This document shows, piece by piece, positions 16,597 through 25,262 of a stretch of 32,000 bases of DNA. The DNA comes from a bacterium (lineage in GTDB: Bacteria; UBP7; UBA6624). Below the pieces are notes generated by a model. That model worked only from the letters and a program-made list of their open reading frames with translations, was not told the origin of the DNA and searched no databases. The DNA lies in NCBI GenBank assembly GCA_002716355.1, contig PBAU01000003.1, positions 210,001 to 242,000 of the forward strand. The letters run 5' to 3'. How positions within the stretch are numbered: position 1 is the first letter of the stretch; the number at the start of each line of letters is the position of its first letter. The position numbers and the translations under genes were made by a program.

Positions 16597-17814
16597 TTAA
16601 AAAGGGCCCTCCCAGGAACCTCCAGGATCGATTAAACCCATGGTCATCCTCTCCCCTCCATCAAGAACAGTAAACCTATAACCTTTTTCCCTTTGGTCAC
16701 TAGGCTGCATTAAATTCCCCTCTTCAAAAACACCTACAGACAAAAAGAATTCCCTTCTTAGGAAAGGTAATTTTTGTATTCTGTATTTATACTTCCAAGG
16801 ACCATCTCCAGGTATTGAAACTGTGTGTAATATAGGGCCTATTAACGATTGTCCATAATCTCCATGAAACTGAATGGCTATAACTGCTGTGCTATCTTTG
16901 ATTGGAGCTCTTGATCCAAGCTCTATAACTAGTTCCATCGGCTCTCCATGCCTGAAGAGATGAGTTTCACTTCCTGTTGCATCTAAAAATTTCACATTAT
17001 CAATTGCAATAGGGCCATCTCCCCATCTTTGTATCCCTTCCTTGGTCCTAGTCAAATCTCCACCAGAAACAGCCAATCTTTCCCTGTACCTATCCAATAT
17101 TTGGTGCTTGTCTCCAAGGCCTTCTATCTTCCCATCCTCTAGCCATAACAATCTTTCTGAAAAATATCTAATTATGGTTAAGTTATGACTTACAAAAACT
17201 ATAGTTTTCCCTTCTGCTTTAAGTTCATTTAGTTTCGTAAAGCATTTTTGCTGAAAAGACAAATCACCAACCCCTATAACTTCATCCAATAAAAAAACAT
17301 CGGGATCAAGTGCTATGGCTATTGAGAAAGCCAAACGCAAAACCATACCCATTGAATATGTTTTTATTTGAGCATCGGCAAATTTTTCCAATTCAGCAAA
17401 TTTAAAAATAGAATCTTCTTTTTCTTTGATATCCTTCCCACTCATTCCTAGCAAGGAAGCATTTAGATGAATATTTTCTCGACCAGTTAACTCTGGATGA
17501 AAACCAGCACCAAGCTCTAGTAAACTTGCAACTTTTCCTCCAATTTCAATAGAGCCAGAATCAGATGCATAAATGCCTGCCAAAAGCTTTAATAATGTTG
17601 ATTTTCCAGCTCCATTTCTACCAATTAAGCCAATAATCTCTCCTGGCTTGATGCTTAAAGAGAGATCATCAAGAACTTTAAAGGAAGTTTTTTTACTCTT
17701 GATTCCAGCAAGCTTGTCTCGAAAACTCCTCTTTGAGCCTTGTGAAAAAGTTTTTACAAGATTTGAGACCTTTATCTCCCCTTGTTCTATTTTCGTTTTT
17801 TTCACGCTAGCCAT
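16597..17814 (-). CDS. wzt: polysaccharide (O-antigen/teichoic-acid type) ABC exporter ATP-binding protein with a C-terminal Wzt-like carbohydrate-binding domain
   Basis: Walker A GRNGAGKST, ABC signature YSMGMVLRLAF, Walker B VFLLDE. An extra beta-rich C-terminal extension of about 150 aa is typical of Wzt. The preferred start is the ATG at 17814 (MASVKK), with GAGGA 8 nt upstream and 1 nt after the wzm stop. The ORF-track start at 17832 is a TTG. Confidence 0.85.
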   Translation of the reverse strand: MASVKKTKIEQGEIKVSNLVKTFSQGSKRSFRDKLAGIKSKKTSFKVLDDLSLSIKPGEIIGLIGRNGAGKSTLLKLLAGIYASDSGSIEIGGKVASLLELGAGFHPELTGRENIHLNASLLGMSGKDIKEKEDSIFKFAELEKFADAQIKTYSMGMVLRLAFSIAIALDPDVFLLDEVIGVGDLSFQQKCFTKLNELKAEGKTIVFVSHNLTIIRYFSERLLWLEDGKIEGLGDKHQILDRYRERLAVSGGDLTRTKEGIQRWGDGPIAIDNVKFLDATGSETHLFRHGEPMELVIELGSRAPIKDSTAVIAIQFHGDYGQSLIGPILHTVSIPGDGPWKYKYRIQKLPFLRREFFLSVGVFEEGNLMQPSDQREKGYRFTVLDGGERMTMGLIDPGGSWEGPF

Positions 17815-17815
17815 T

Positions 17816-18646
17816 TCATATTTCCTCAGCAAATCTAGATTCAGATTTCATAAAAACACAATAACCCCAAACCAACAAAACCAAGCCTAGACCAAAAGCC
17901 ATTGCAAGTGATCCAGGATTAGGGTTAGATAAATCCAAAAGAACGTCTCTATATCCTTTGATAACATGCGTCATTGGGTTAAGGTAATAAATTTGATGGA
18001 TGATTTCAGCGCTTCTTTCATTCAGAAAACCTAAACTCTGAAATTTCTCTAATGTGGGAGGAGCATAAAGAACTGGGGTTCCGAAAAAAAGAACAGTCAT
18101 GAATGTATTTGCAAGCTGCTCTGTATCTCTATAAAAAACATTCATTGTAGATAGCAACAAGCCAACACCAAGTGTTATCATGAGATGCAGTAAAAGTATA
18201 ACTGGCAAATAAAAAAGCGGCAAAAGCTCAAGACCGGAACCATGATCTGGCCACCATTTAAGCAAACATGCCAAAATCAAAATCGCCAACATCATCAAAA
18301 AATGAACAGCTTCAGCTAATACAGAAGCCAAAGGCAAAACAATCCTTGGGAAGGCAACCTGCTTCAACAATCCTCCTGCTTGAACTATTGAAGGTGTTGA
18401 TTTTGTAACACCTCCAGAAAAGAAATTGAAAGCAAATAAACCGATGATCAAAAGAAATGGATAAGTTGTTCCCCCCATTCCAAATTTGTCAGTAAGCAGA
18501 ACCCCAAAAACAGCATAATAAACAAAAAACATTGTCAAAGGCTGTACAAGAGACCATAAAAAACCCAAGCCAGTATTCCTATACCTTAAACGAAGGTCTC
18601 TAAGGGTTAAATTTTTCAAAAGCTCTGTATATTCAAAAATTTTCAT
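17816..18646 (-). CDS. wzm: ABC-2 type polysaccharide exporter permease
   Basis: 276 aa with about 6 hydrophobic helices. The N-terminal motif LLKNLTLRDLRLRYRNTGLGFLWSLVQP is characteristic of Wzm/TagG/KpsM ABC-2 permeases. It lies immediately upstream of wzt. Confidence 0.85.
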   Translation of the reverse strand: MKIFEYTELLKNLTLRDLRLRYRNTGLGFLWSLVQPLTMFFVYYAVFGVLLTDKFGMGGTTYPFLLIIGLFAFNFFSGGVTKSTPSIVQAGGLLKQVAFPRIVLPLASVLAEAVHFLMMLAILILACLLKWWPDHGSGLELLPLFYLPVILLLHLMITLGVGLLLSTMNVFYRDTEQLANTFMTVLFFGTPVLYAPPTLEKFQSLGFLNERSAEIIHQIYYLNPMTHVIKGYRDVLLDLSNPNPGSLAMAFGLGLVLLVWGYCVFMKSESRFAEEI

Positions 18647-18649
18647 AAA

Positions 18650-19489
18650 TTAAAAAACAACCCTCACACCGCCATCAGCCTTCCAGCTTAAATCACTAAA
18701 AACATAAATGTTTTTGGCATAACCAGAAAAATCATCTGATTTTATCAGCAGATCTCCCTCTATTGCAGAAATGTTAAAAAAATTTTCAAAAATCTTAACT
18801 GAAGCATTTTTAGAGGAAACCATCAGATCCTTAAAATACAAAGTGAACCCAGAGATTCTCAAAAATGAATTCTTATCATCTATATACATGAAAAAATCAT
18901 CACCTTGAATGTCAAGAACATCATCCTTGAAAACATACTGAAAATACTCTAAATCAGATGAAGAAACAATGTCATTCGATTCATAATTCCAATAATAAAG
19001 AGGGGCTTTTGATTGAAAGGAAAAAAAATCACCTTTCAAGCTTGGTGAACCATACAAAAAAACATTTGAATCTTCAATGATAATTTTTTCTGCATTTAAT
19101 GCATGATCCAAATAACTTGCTTGTTCAAAAGGGCCTTCTAATGTAATTTTTCCTGACTTGTCAAAAACCGCCTTGCCATATGAGTGAAAATTAAAAAAAG
19201 AAGCATTGACATCAACACCCTTTTCCATTACCATTCTTGACTTCAAAAAACTTCCTTCCGGGGCTGAAAAAAAATATTCATCTTTATAAGTGCCATTTAA
19301 GCCTTCAGAAAAAGCAAAAAAACCTTTTCCGTCTGATGAAACATAACAAGACTGTGCTTCAAAATCATTTCTGATTATTTGAATCTGGCTATTGTTTTCA
19401 CATGATGCAATAAATGATCCATCGGCAGCCATAGAAACATTGCCATAACCTTTAATCAAGGTGTCCAAAAACAAAAAAAAATAAATCAA
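18650..19489 (-). CDS. hypothetical exported beta-rich protein (279 aa) ending in a C-terminal Phe
   Basis: Long ORF with a TTG start forming a TTGA overlap with the coaD stop. It is rich in F/Y/S/D/K with alternating patterns and ends ...WKADGGVRVVF. I recognise no catalytic motif. Confidence 0.55.
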   Translation of the reverse strand: MIYFFLFLDTLIKGYGNVSMAADGSFIASCENNSQIQIIRNDFEAQSCYVSSDGKGFFAFSEGLNGTYKDEYFFSAPEGSFLKSRMVMEKGVDVNASFFNFHSYGKAVFDKSGKITLEGPFEQASYLDHALNAEKIIIEDSNVFLYGSPSLKGDFFSFQSKAPLYYWNYESNDIVSSSDLEYFQYVFKDDVLDIQGDDFFMYIDDKNSFLRISGFTLYFKDLMVSSKNASVKIFENFFNISAIEGDLLIKSDDFSGYAKNIYVFSDLSWKADGGVRVVF

Positions 19490-19992
19490 TCTTTCTCTTG
19501 GATCCTTTTTTTAATGTTTTCAAGAATAGAAGCAGGAACCTGTTTTGAAAAATCTCCCCCCAGCAAAGCAACTTCTTTAATAAGCCTTGAAGAAACGAAT
19601 GACCATTTTGAATCTGCAACCATGAATATGGTTTCGCACCCCTTTAGCAATTGACTATTCATTAAACTCATTTGCAATTCATACTCATAATCGCTAACAG
19701 CTCTCAATCCCCTGACTATCACACTGATTTCATTTTTTCTCATCCAGTCAGTTATCAAGCCGTCAACAACATGGACTTTAACCCTGTCAAAATCATTTCC
19801 TGAAAGCTCCTCACAAGCAGCAGATAATATCATTTTCTTTCTTTCTTCAGAGGAGAACCAACATTTTTTTGCAGGATTTTTTGCAATCAATACATGAACA
19901 ACATCAAAACAAGAAACACTTCTTTTTAAAATGTTTAAATGACCCCTTGTTACAGGGTCAAAAGTTCCTGAATACACTACCTCTTTAGCCAT
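19486..19992 (-). CDS. coaD: phosphopantetheine adenylyltransferase
   Basis: 168 aa. VYSGTFDPVTRGHLNILKRS (T/HxGH nucleotidyltransferase motif) and the typical CoaD length and C-terminal SSRLIKEV block. Confidence 0.9.
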   Translation of the reverse strand: MAKEVVYSGTFDPVTRGHLNILKRSVSCFDVVHVLIAKNPAKKCWFSSEERKKMILSAACEELSGNDFDRVKVHVVDGLITDWMRKNEISVIVRGLRAVSDYEYELQMSLMNSQLLKGCETIFMVADSKWSFVSSRLIKEVALLGGDFSKQVPASILENIKKRIQEKD

Positions 19993-20548
19993 TTTTAAAA
20001 TTAAAAAAATTCAAACTTTCATTTCCATGTTCTATTTTTTGCACTAGGTCTAAATTGTAAAGCTTAGGCAATGATATTTTATTTGGCCATCTGCATACAA
20101 GCGTTGTCTGTTTTTTAACAAGATTTTGAGATGACTTTAAAACCTCACTGCCTAAATCTAAATTTTTAAAGGGCGGATCGCAACAAATGAGATCAAAAGA
20201 CAAGCCAGACTCTTCTAAGGACTTGGGTAACGAACCGTAAACCATGCTGTACCTATCCTGTGAAACCTTCAGATTAATTAAATTTTCACGAATAACACGC
20301 TGGCTAGCAGTATCTTTTTCAAAAAAAACAACATGTTTTGCCCTATTGCTCAGCATGCTTATACCCCATATGCCACTACCAGCAAACAAATCAGCAACAT
20401 TTTTTCCATCAAGATTATTAAACTTATCGGATATCACCTGTCTCCACCTACCAGTCAAAGGCCTTAAACTTGATCGTTGATAAAAAAACACCTTTCTTGA
20501 ATTTAGCTCTCCACCATGTATCTTTAAATATTTTTTAATCTTTCTCAT
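19985..20548 (-). CDS. rsmD: 16S rRNA (guanine966-N2)-methyltransferase RsmD
   Basis: LKIHGGELNSRKVFF (RIIGGxxRGRKL-like), SAM motif DLFAGSGIWGIS, and the catalytic CDPPF (DPPF/Y) motif. The classic rsmD-coaD gene pair is present. Confidence 0.85.
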   Translation of the reverse strand: MRKIKKYLKIHGGELNSRKVFFYQRSSLRPLTGRWRQVISDKFNNLDGKNVADLFAGSGIWGISMLSNRAKHVVFFEKDTASQRVIRENLINLKVSQDRYSMVYGSLPKSLEESGLSFDLICCDPPFKNLDLGSEVLKSSQNLVKKQTTLVCRWPNKISLPKLYNLDLVQKIEHGNESLNFFNFKNG

Positions 20549-20558
20549 AATCTAATAG

Positions 20559-20564
20559 TATAAT
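20559..20564 (+). promoter_or_regulatory. candidate -10 box (TATAAT) for rpmB, only 9 nt upstream of the ATG
   Basis: A perfect TATAAT lies at 20559-20564 inside the 25-bp rsmD/rpmB gap. There is no SD before the rpmB ATG at 20574. The -35 region is weak (ttaatc or taatct). Confidence 0.3.
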
Positions 20565-20573
20565 TATCTCCTT

Positions 20574-20792
20574 ATGTCAAGAAAAGATCAAATAACCGGA
20601 AAACAAGGTAAAAGTGGGAATATCGTAAGTCACTCACACAGAAAGTCTAAAAGAAGATTTTCAATAAACTTAATTAAAAAAAGAGTTTGGGATGAAGAAA
20701 AGGGGCATTACGTCATATTAAGAGTTTCAAATAAAACACTTAGAACAATTAAGAAAAAAGGCCTTTCTTCAACAGTAAAAGATAATAGTTAG
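20574..20792 (+). CDS. rpmB: 50S ribosomal protein L28
   Basis: 72 aa. MSRKDQITGKQGKSGNIVSHSHRKSKRRFSINL is the conserved L28 N-terminus. Confidence 0.9.
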   Translation: MSRKDQITGKQGKSGNIVSHSHRKSKRRFSINLIKKRVWDEEKGHYVILRVSNKTLRTIKKKGLSSTVKDNS

Positions 20793-20801
20793 ATAACCTT
20801 T

Positions 20802-22331
20802 ATGGGCAAAAAATTCAAACATATTGAAAAGAAAATTACCCTGGTGGGAACAATAAGAAAGTACTCAAGACCTTTCTTTATAACAACAGGTTTAATTTTT
20901 ATAGTTTCTATTTTTTGGAATTACGGTACAACATTTACAAAATCAACAAAAATCAGTGACGAGGCACTTCAGCAACAATTAGAAATTGCTCCATCGGTGG
21001 TTGACGGAGAGGCTGTTGATGAAAATTCAGTAAGCCGTCTTGTTGGTGCAAAAGTTCAACAATGGAGAATGCAAAATCCGTCTTCTGCTCCTGGCATCAT
21101 GGATATGATTCAATTTAGGGTAGAAAGCATTGATGAGATAATCGAAAGAAAAGTTCTTTTGAATGAGGCAAAAATCCAAAAAATAAAAATTAAAGATAGC
21201 TCTATCTCCGAAAGGAAAGAGAGAGACCTAGAAAGTTTTTTCATAGAGAAAGATCAAGAAGGTAATTTTTTCGAAAAATTCAAAAATAGAAAAGAGGCAA
21301 AAAAAGCATTTTTCAACAGAATTTCATCATTAGGGATGTCTGAAACCGATTACTTAAACTTAATCAAAGAAGATTTAATGATTGAAGAGATTGAAGTTTC
21401 AATATCTATGACAGCACAATCTGAATCAGAAACATACAAAAAAGATGCTGAAAGCATGATTCAAAACATGCTAGATGAAGGAAAAGATCTTACTGAAATA
21501 TCTCTTGAGCTAAACGGAAGGCTAGGAATAAGGACAATAGCAAGCAGATGGCTAACAAGATCTGAAGCAGATTCCTTAATGATTCCTTTTGAGGAATTGA
21601 ACCAAGAAAAAATAGCAAAATATCAATCAGGCAATGAAACAATTTTCTCCAAAGGCCTTGAATACAGGGAAGCTTCTGGTAAAGACTATGAAGATTTTGT
21701 TAAATCAAAAAAAGATCAAAAAAATAAAGAAGTCAACCTTGAGCAAATTGCCGTGGAAGCAGATTACTCAAAAGATTATGAAGCAGTTCGTATCCAAAGC
21801 ATACAAGTTTCAGCACCACTAAATGAATTTTACAGCGATATAAAAAACAAAATAACCTTGTCTCATGACATCATCATCAATGACAAAATTTATTCAATCT
21901 ACAAAGACCTTTTGCTTGGTGATTATGACTCATCTGGAGCCAAAAGCTTAGAAAGCTCAAAAGAAGAAAATGCTAGGAATGAGTATCTTGCATTATGCGC
22001 ATGGAGCTTTTTGCTAAAAAGCAAAATGTCAGAAACAGAAACAGATCAAGCTTCTTTGACTCAATCCCAATTATGCTCAACAAATCTTTTAGAGCTAGCC
22101 CCTTTTGACCCATACAACATCTTACTAGCAGCAAGAATAGAGCTCGAAGTCGGAAATCAAGAAAAAGCAATTAGCCTAATTGCAGAAGCTAAAGACTTTC
22201 GTGGGCAAAATTTAAACATATCCTTCCAGATATCCTCACTCTTTAGGGAGGCTGGAAATGAGGAAATGGCTCTTGCAGAAGATGAAGAAAGAAATAAAAT
22301 AATAGGAAACCTAAACAATAAATTATTTTGA
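20802..22331 (+). CDS. hypothetical membrane-anchored protein (509 aa): N-terminal TM helix, a charged helical body and a TPR-like tail. It is possibly a PpiD/SurA-N-like chaperone without a PPIase domain.
   Basis: Single TM helix (FFITTGLIFIVSIFWNY). A long Glu/Lys-rich region follows. The segment after the TM (APSVVDGEAVDENSVSRLV) loosely resembles SurA_N/PpiD. I see no PPIase motif. Confidence 0.5.
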   Translation: MGKKFKHIEKKITLVGTIRKYSRPFFITTGLIFIVSIFWNYGTTFTKSTKISDEALQQQLEIAPSVVDGEAVDENSVSRLVGAKVQQWRMQNPSSAPGIMDMIQFRVESIDEIIERKVLLNEAKIQKIKIKDSSISERKERDLESFFIEKDQEGNFFEKFKNRKEAKKAFFNRISSLGMSETDYLNLIKEDLMIEEIEVSISMTAQSESETYKKDAESMIQNMLDEGKDLTEISLELNGRLGIRTIASRWLTRSEADSLMIPFEELNQEKIAKYQSGNETIFSKGLEYREASGKDYEDFVKSKKDQKNKEVNLEQIAVEADYSKDYEAVRIQSIQVSAPLNEFYSDIKNKITLSHDIIINDKIYSIYKDLLLGDYDSSGAKSLESSKEENARNEYLALCAWSFLLKSKMSETETDQASLTQSQLCSTNLLELAPFDPYNILLAARIELEVGNQEKAISLIAEAKDFRGQNLNISFQISSLFREAGNEEMALAEDEERNKIIGNLNNKLF

Positions 22332-23611
22332 ATAAAAAATATCACATACGAACTTTTGGATGCCAGATGAATACAGCCGATTCAGATTCAATTGCAGGAA
22401 TGCTTGATGATTTTGGATTTGAAAAATCAACAGAAGAAAAAGCAGATATAGTTCTTTATAACACCTGTGCTGTCAGAGAGAAAGCTGAACAAAGAATGAG
22501 GTCTGAACTTGGTAGCGTAAGGATACGAAAAGAAAGCAATCCTGAAGTAAAAATAGGAATACTTGGCTGCGCTGCGGAAAGCTTAAAAGAAAAATTAGAA
22601 AAAGAAGAATGGATTGACATTGTGCAAGATGGGAAAAATCTTGAGAAAATGAAAGAAGCAGTAATGAAAATTCTTCCAGACGAATACGAAACCACTCAGG
22701 ATTCTTTTGGCTTACATAGAAGTGGTGAGAATTCAGGAATGATACCTGTAATCAGAGGATGCTCTTATATGTGCTCCTACTGTATTGTTCCAAGAACAAG
22801 AGGCCTGCAAAGATCAATACCTTTAAAAGAAATACTAAAAGATGTCGAGCTATCTATTGAAAAAGGTTCAAAAGAAATATACCTACTAGGTCAAAATTTT
22901 CTTTCCTATGGCAGAGACCTTTCAAAAAAAACATCTCCAGAAGAAATGATATCTACCGTGCATGATTCATTTCCTGAGCTTAAAAGAATAAGGTTCCTAA
23001 CAAGCCATCCTCACGACTTAACAAAAAACTTTCTGCAAACAATGAATTCCCTTCCGCGTGTTGCAAGATATCTCCATTTGCCATTTCAATCTGGAAGCGA
23101 TACTGTTCTAAAGGCAATGAGGAGAATAACCACAAGGCAAACTGTTATTGAAAAATCACAATGGGTAAGAGAGATCTGGAAAGATGCGACTCTTTCCACT
23201 GATATCATTGTTGGCTTTCCGACCGAAACAGAAAAAAACCACAAAGAAACAATTTCCCTGCTTGAAGAGGTTCAGTATGATTTTGCATACTCTTTCCTAT
23301 ATTCACCGAGACCTCAAACTAAAGCATTCCCTCTAGGGGATCCAATACCTCATAAAGAAAAAGTTAAAAGGCTTTCCGAGGTAACAAAAGTTTTAAATTC
23401 AATCTGGTTTGAAAAAAATAAAAAATACCTAGGAAAAACAGTTGAAGTTTTAGTGGAAAACAAAGAAGGCAAAAGCGAAAATAGATGGACAGGCAGATCG
23501 GAAGGCTTCCATCTTGTTCATTTTGATTCAAACACAAATCCAATAGGCAAATATGTTAAAGTAAAAATCACAAAAACAGGATCAACGTTCCTTGGAGGAG
23601 AGCTTGTTTAA
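22328..23611 (+). CDS. miaB: tRNA-2-methylthio-N6-dimethylallyladenosine synthase (radical SAM methylthiotransferase MiaB)
   Basis: N-terminal UPF0004 cluster motif TFGCQMNTADSD. Radical SAM motif GCSYMCSYCIVP. C-terminal TRAM domain (GKTVEVLVEN...VKVKITKTGSTFLGGELV). The TTG start forms a TTGA overlap with the upstream stop. Confidence 0.85.
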   Translation: MNKKYHIRTFGCQMNTADSDSIAGMLDDFGFEKSTEEKADIVLYNTCAVREKAEQRMRSELGSVRIRKESNPEVKIGILGCAAESLKEKLEKEEWIDIVQDGKNLEKMKEAVMKILPDEYETTQDSFGLHRSGENSGMIPVIRGCSYMCSYCIVPRTRGLQRSIPLKEILKDVELSIEKGSKEIYLLGQNFLSYGRDLSKKTSPEEMISTVHDSFPELKRIRFLTSHPHDLTKNFLQTMNSLPRVARYLHLPFQSGSDTVLKAMRRITTRQTVIEKSQWVREIWKDATLSTDIIVGFPTETEKNHKETISLLEEVQYDFAYSFLYSPRPQTKAFPLGDPIPHKEKVKRLSEVTKVLNSIWFEKNKKYLGKTVEVLVENKEGKSENRWTGRSEGFHLVHFDSNTNPIGKYVKVKITKTGSTFLGGELV

Positions 23612-24938
23612 ATTTTTTATTCTTTTGTTGCTGCCAATGCAGTTACAAGAGGCTCTTCAGTTACACCCTTCCGTTATCACTGCAAAAAAAAATGTTGAAT
23701 TATCAGAATTGAATTTTGCACAATCTGAATATCAAACATTTTCACCTCTTTTATCAACAAGTGGGTCTCACAGCAACAATGAAAGCAGTGTAAATTTTGA
23801 TACAAGTGAATCAAGCAGCCTTAATGCTTCAATTTCATGGCTCACAAGAAGAGGTTATTCGCTCAGTTTTTCATTGCGCAATAATGAATCTGTCTATGAT
23901 AGTTCAATAGGTGGAATAACTGACAACTATTCACTTTCTTCAGGTTTCTCGCTTAGCTATCCTCTTTTTTCTGAAAAAAGAAAATTAAGATTAAGCAATA
24001 CAGACATATCAGCATTCAACACTCTGAAAACTCATATAGACTACCAAGCGACCCTAAACCAATCAGCATATGATGTAATTTCAAGATTTTGGGATTGCTT
24101 GATTCTTGAAGAAAACTTAGCTCTGACAAGGCTTTCATTAAAAGAAAGCCAGCAACAACAATCTCAAATAGAAGCAAGAATAAACACTGGCACACTTGCT
24201 GAAAGTGAAATCTACAGTTACATAAACAGAACACTCCAGCAAGAAGCTTCAGTAATTGATGCAGAAATAAGATTACAAGAATGCAATGAACAAGCAAACC
24301 TTCTTTTTGGGAGGGAGGTTCCTAAAGAATGGTTTGAACTAGTGAAATCAATTGATTTTCAAGAAGACATTTCATATCCTGAAAAGGCATACAAAACAAC
24401 GGATGTTGAGAAAAGTGAAATCGATCTGAAAGTTGGAAAAATCAATCTAGAAAATTCATATTCTCAGGATATGGCTGATTTTGATCTCTCGTTAAGTTAT
24501 GGCTTGAATGCTAATTCAACAACCCAAACAAGCTTTAGCGATCTGGAGAACCCAAACTGGAATATTGGATTGACATGGTCAAAAAGATTAGGGAACAAAA
24601 ACTACAACCAAAAAGAATCAGAGATAAATTTCGAGAACCTCAATCTCTTTCTGGAGAGAACAATGGACAATGCACTTCTTACAGAAAGAAGCCTAGTTAA
24701 CCAAATCATCTCTATAGAAAAACTTGTTACAGCTTCTGAATCAGGAGTAAAAGCTGCAGAAAAAGCTTACGAAGGAACTAAAGCAAGATGGGAAGTTGGA
24801 CTAACAACAAACCTTGAACTTTTCACTTTAGAAAATTCATTAATGTCTGCAAGGATGTCCTTGCTTACAACAAAAAAGAATCTCTTATTAGCAAAAGCAA
24901 ATCTTGCAAGATTTAGAGGAAATATTGTTTCAAAATGA
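23592..24938 (+). CDS. TolC-family outer membrane efflux protein
   Basis: 448 aa with a two-fold repeat of helical and beta segments. The N-terminal part LQEALQLHPSVITAKKNVELSELNFAQSE and the C-terminal part AYEGTKARWEVGLTTNLELFTLENSLMSARMSLL are typical OEP/TolC repeats. The start is uncertain: TTG 23592, TTG 23604 or ATG 23637. Confidence 0.75.
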   Translation: MEESLFKFFILLLLPMQLQEALQLHPSVITAKKNVELSELNFAQSEYQTFSPLLSTSGSHSNNESSVNFDTSESSSLNASISWLTRRGYSLSFSLRNNESVYDSSIGGITDNYSLSSGFSLSYPLFSEKRKLRLSNTDISAFNTLKTHIDYQATLNQSAYDVISRFWDCLILEENLALTRLSLKESQQQQSQIEARINTGTLAESEIYSYINRTLQQEASVIDAEIRLQECNEQANLLFGREVPKEWFELVKSIDFQEDISYPEKAYKTTDVEKSEIDLKVGKINLENSYSQDMADFDLSLSYGLNANSTTQTSFSDLENPNWNIGLTWSKRLGNKNYNQKESEINFENLNLFLERTMDNALLTERSLVNQIISIEKLVTASESGVKAAEKAYEGTKARWEVGLTTNLELFTLENSLMSARMSLLTTKKNLLLAKANLARFRGNIVSK

Positions 24939-24977
24939 AGGAAGGAGAAGAAGGGTAGAAATAAATCGTCAAACTTG

Positions 24978-25262
24978 TCACCAAGTGCTGGCTGGCAAAT
25001 TTTTCTCGCCATAAATCCATCTCCCTCTCACAAGAATTTCAGAGATATAAGAATTAGAAACCCTGGTTGCGTCAATCAAAAAAACATGCCTGTTTCCAGA
25101 AACATCTTTTTCAAAACGTTTTGTGAAATTGTTTAAATCCTTGAGTTCAATCCATTGATCTGAAAAAAGGATTACAGACAAGAGCGAATCATTTTCCTCC
25201 AAAAGATAAGCTGCTTCAACACAAGACCCATCAAGGATTTCTTTCGCAATTTTTTCAATCAT
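24978..25262 (-). CDS. small protein (94 aa) with a degenerate minimal nucleotidyltransferase (MNT/Pol-beta-like) pattern
   Basis: The ATG forms an ATGA overlap with the mgtE stop. The layout parallels MNT proteins: helix, then VEAAYLL where xxFGS is expected, then DSLLSVILF where DxDxxV is expected, then VFLID...ISEILVRGRWIY where VDLV...ILKEAxxxY is expected. The catalytic GS and DxD residues are absent. Confidence 0.5.
   Translation of the reverse strand: MIEKIAKEILDGSCVEAAYLLEENDSLLSVILFSDQWIELKDLNNFTKRFEKDVSGNRHVFLIDATRVSNSYISEILVRGRWIYGEKNLPASTW

Noticed and set aside
20568-20573. CTCCTT (AAGGAG on the minus strand) in the rsmD/rpmB gap, considered as the rsmD RBS
   Set aside because: It is 19 nt from the rsmD ATG at 20548, which is too far for a functional SD spacing.
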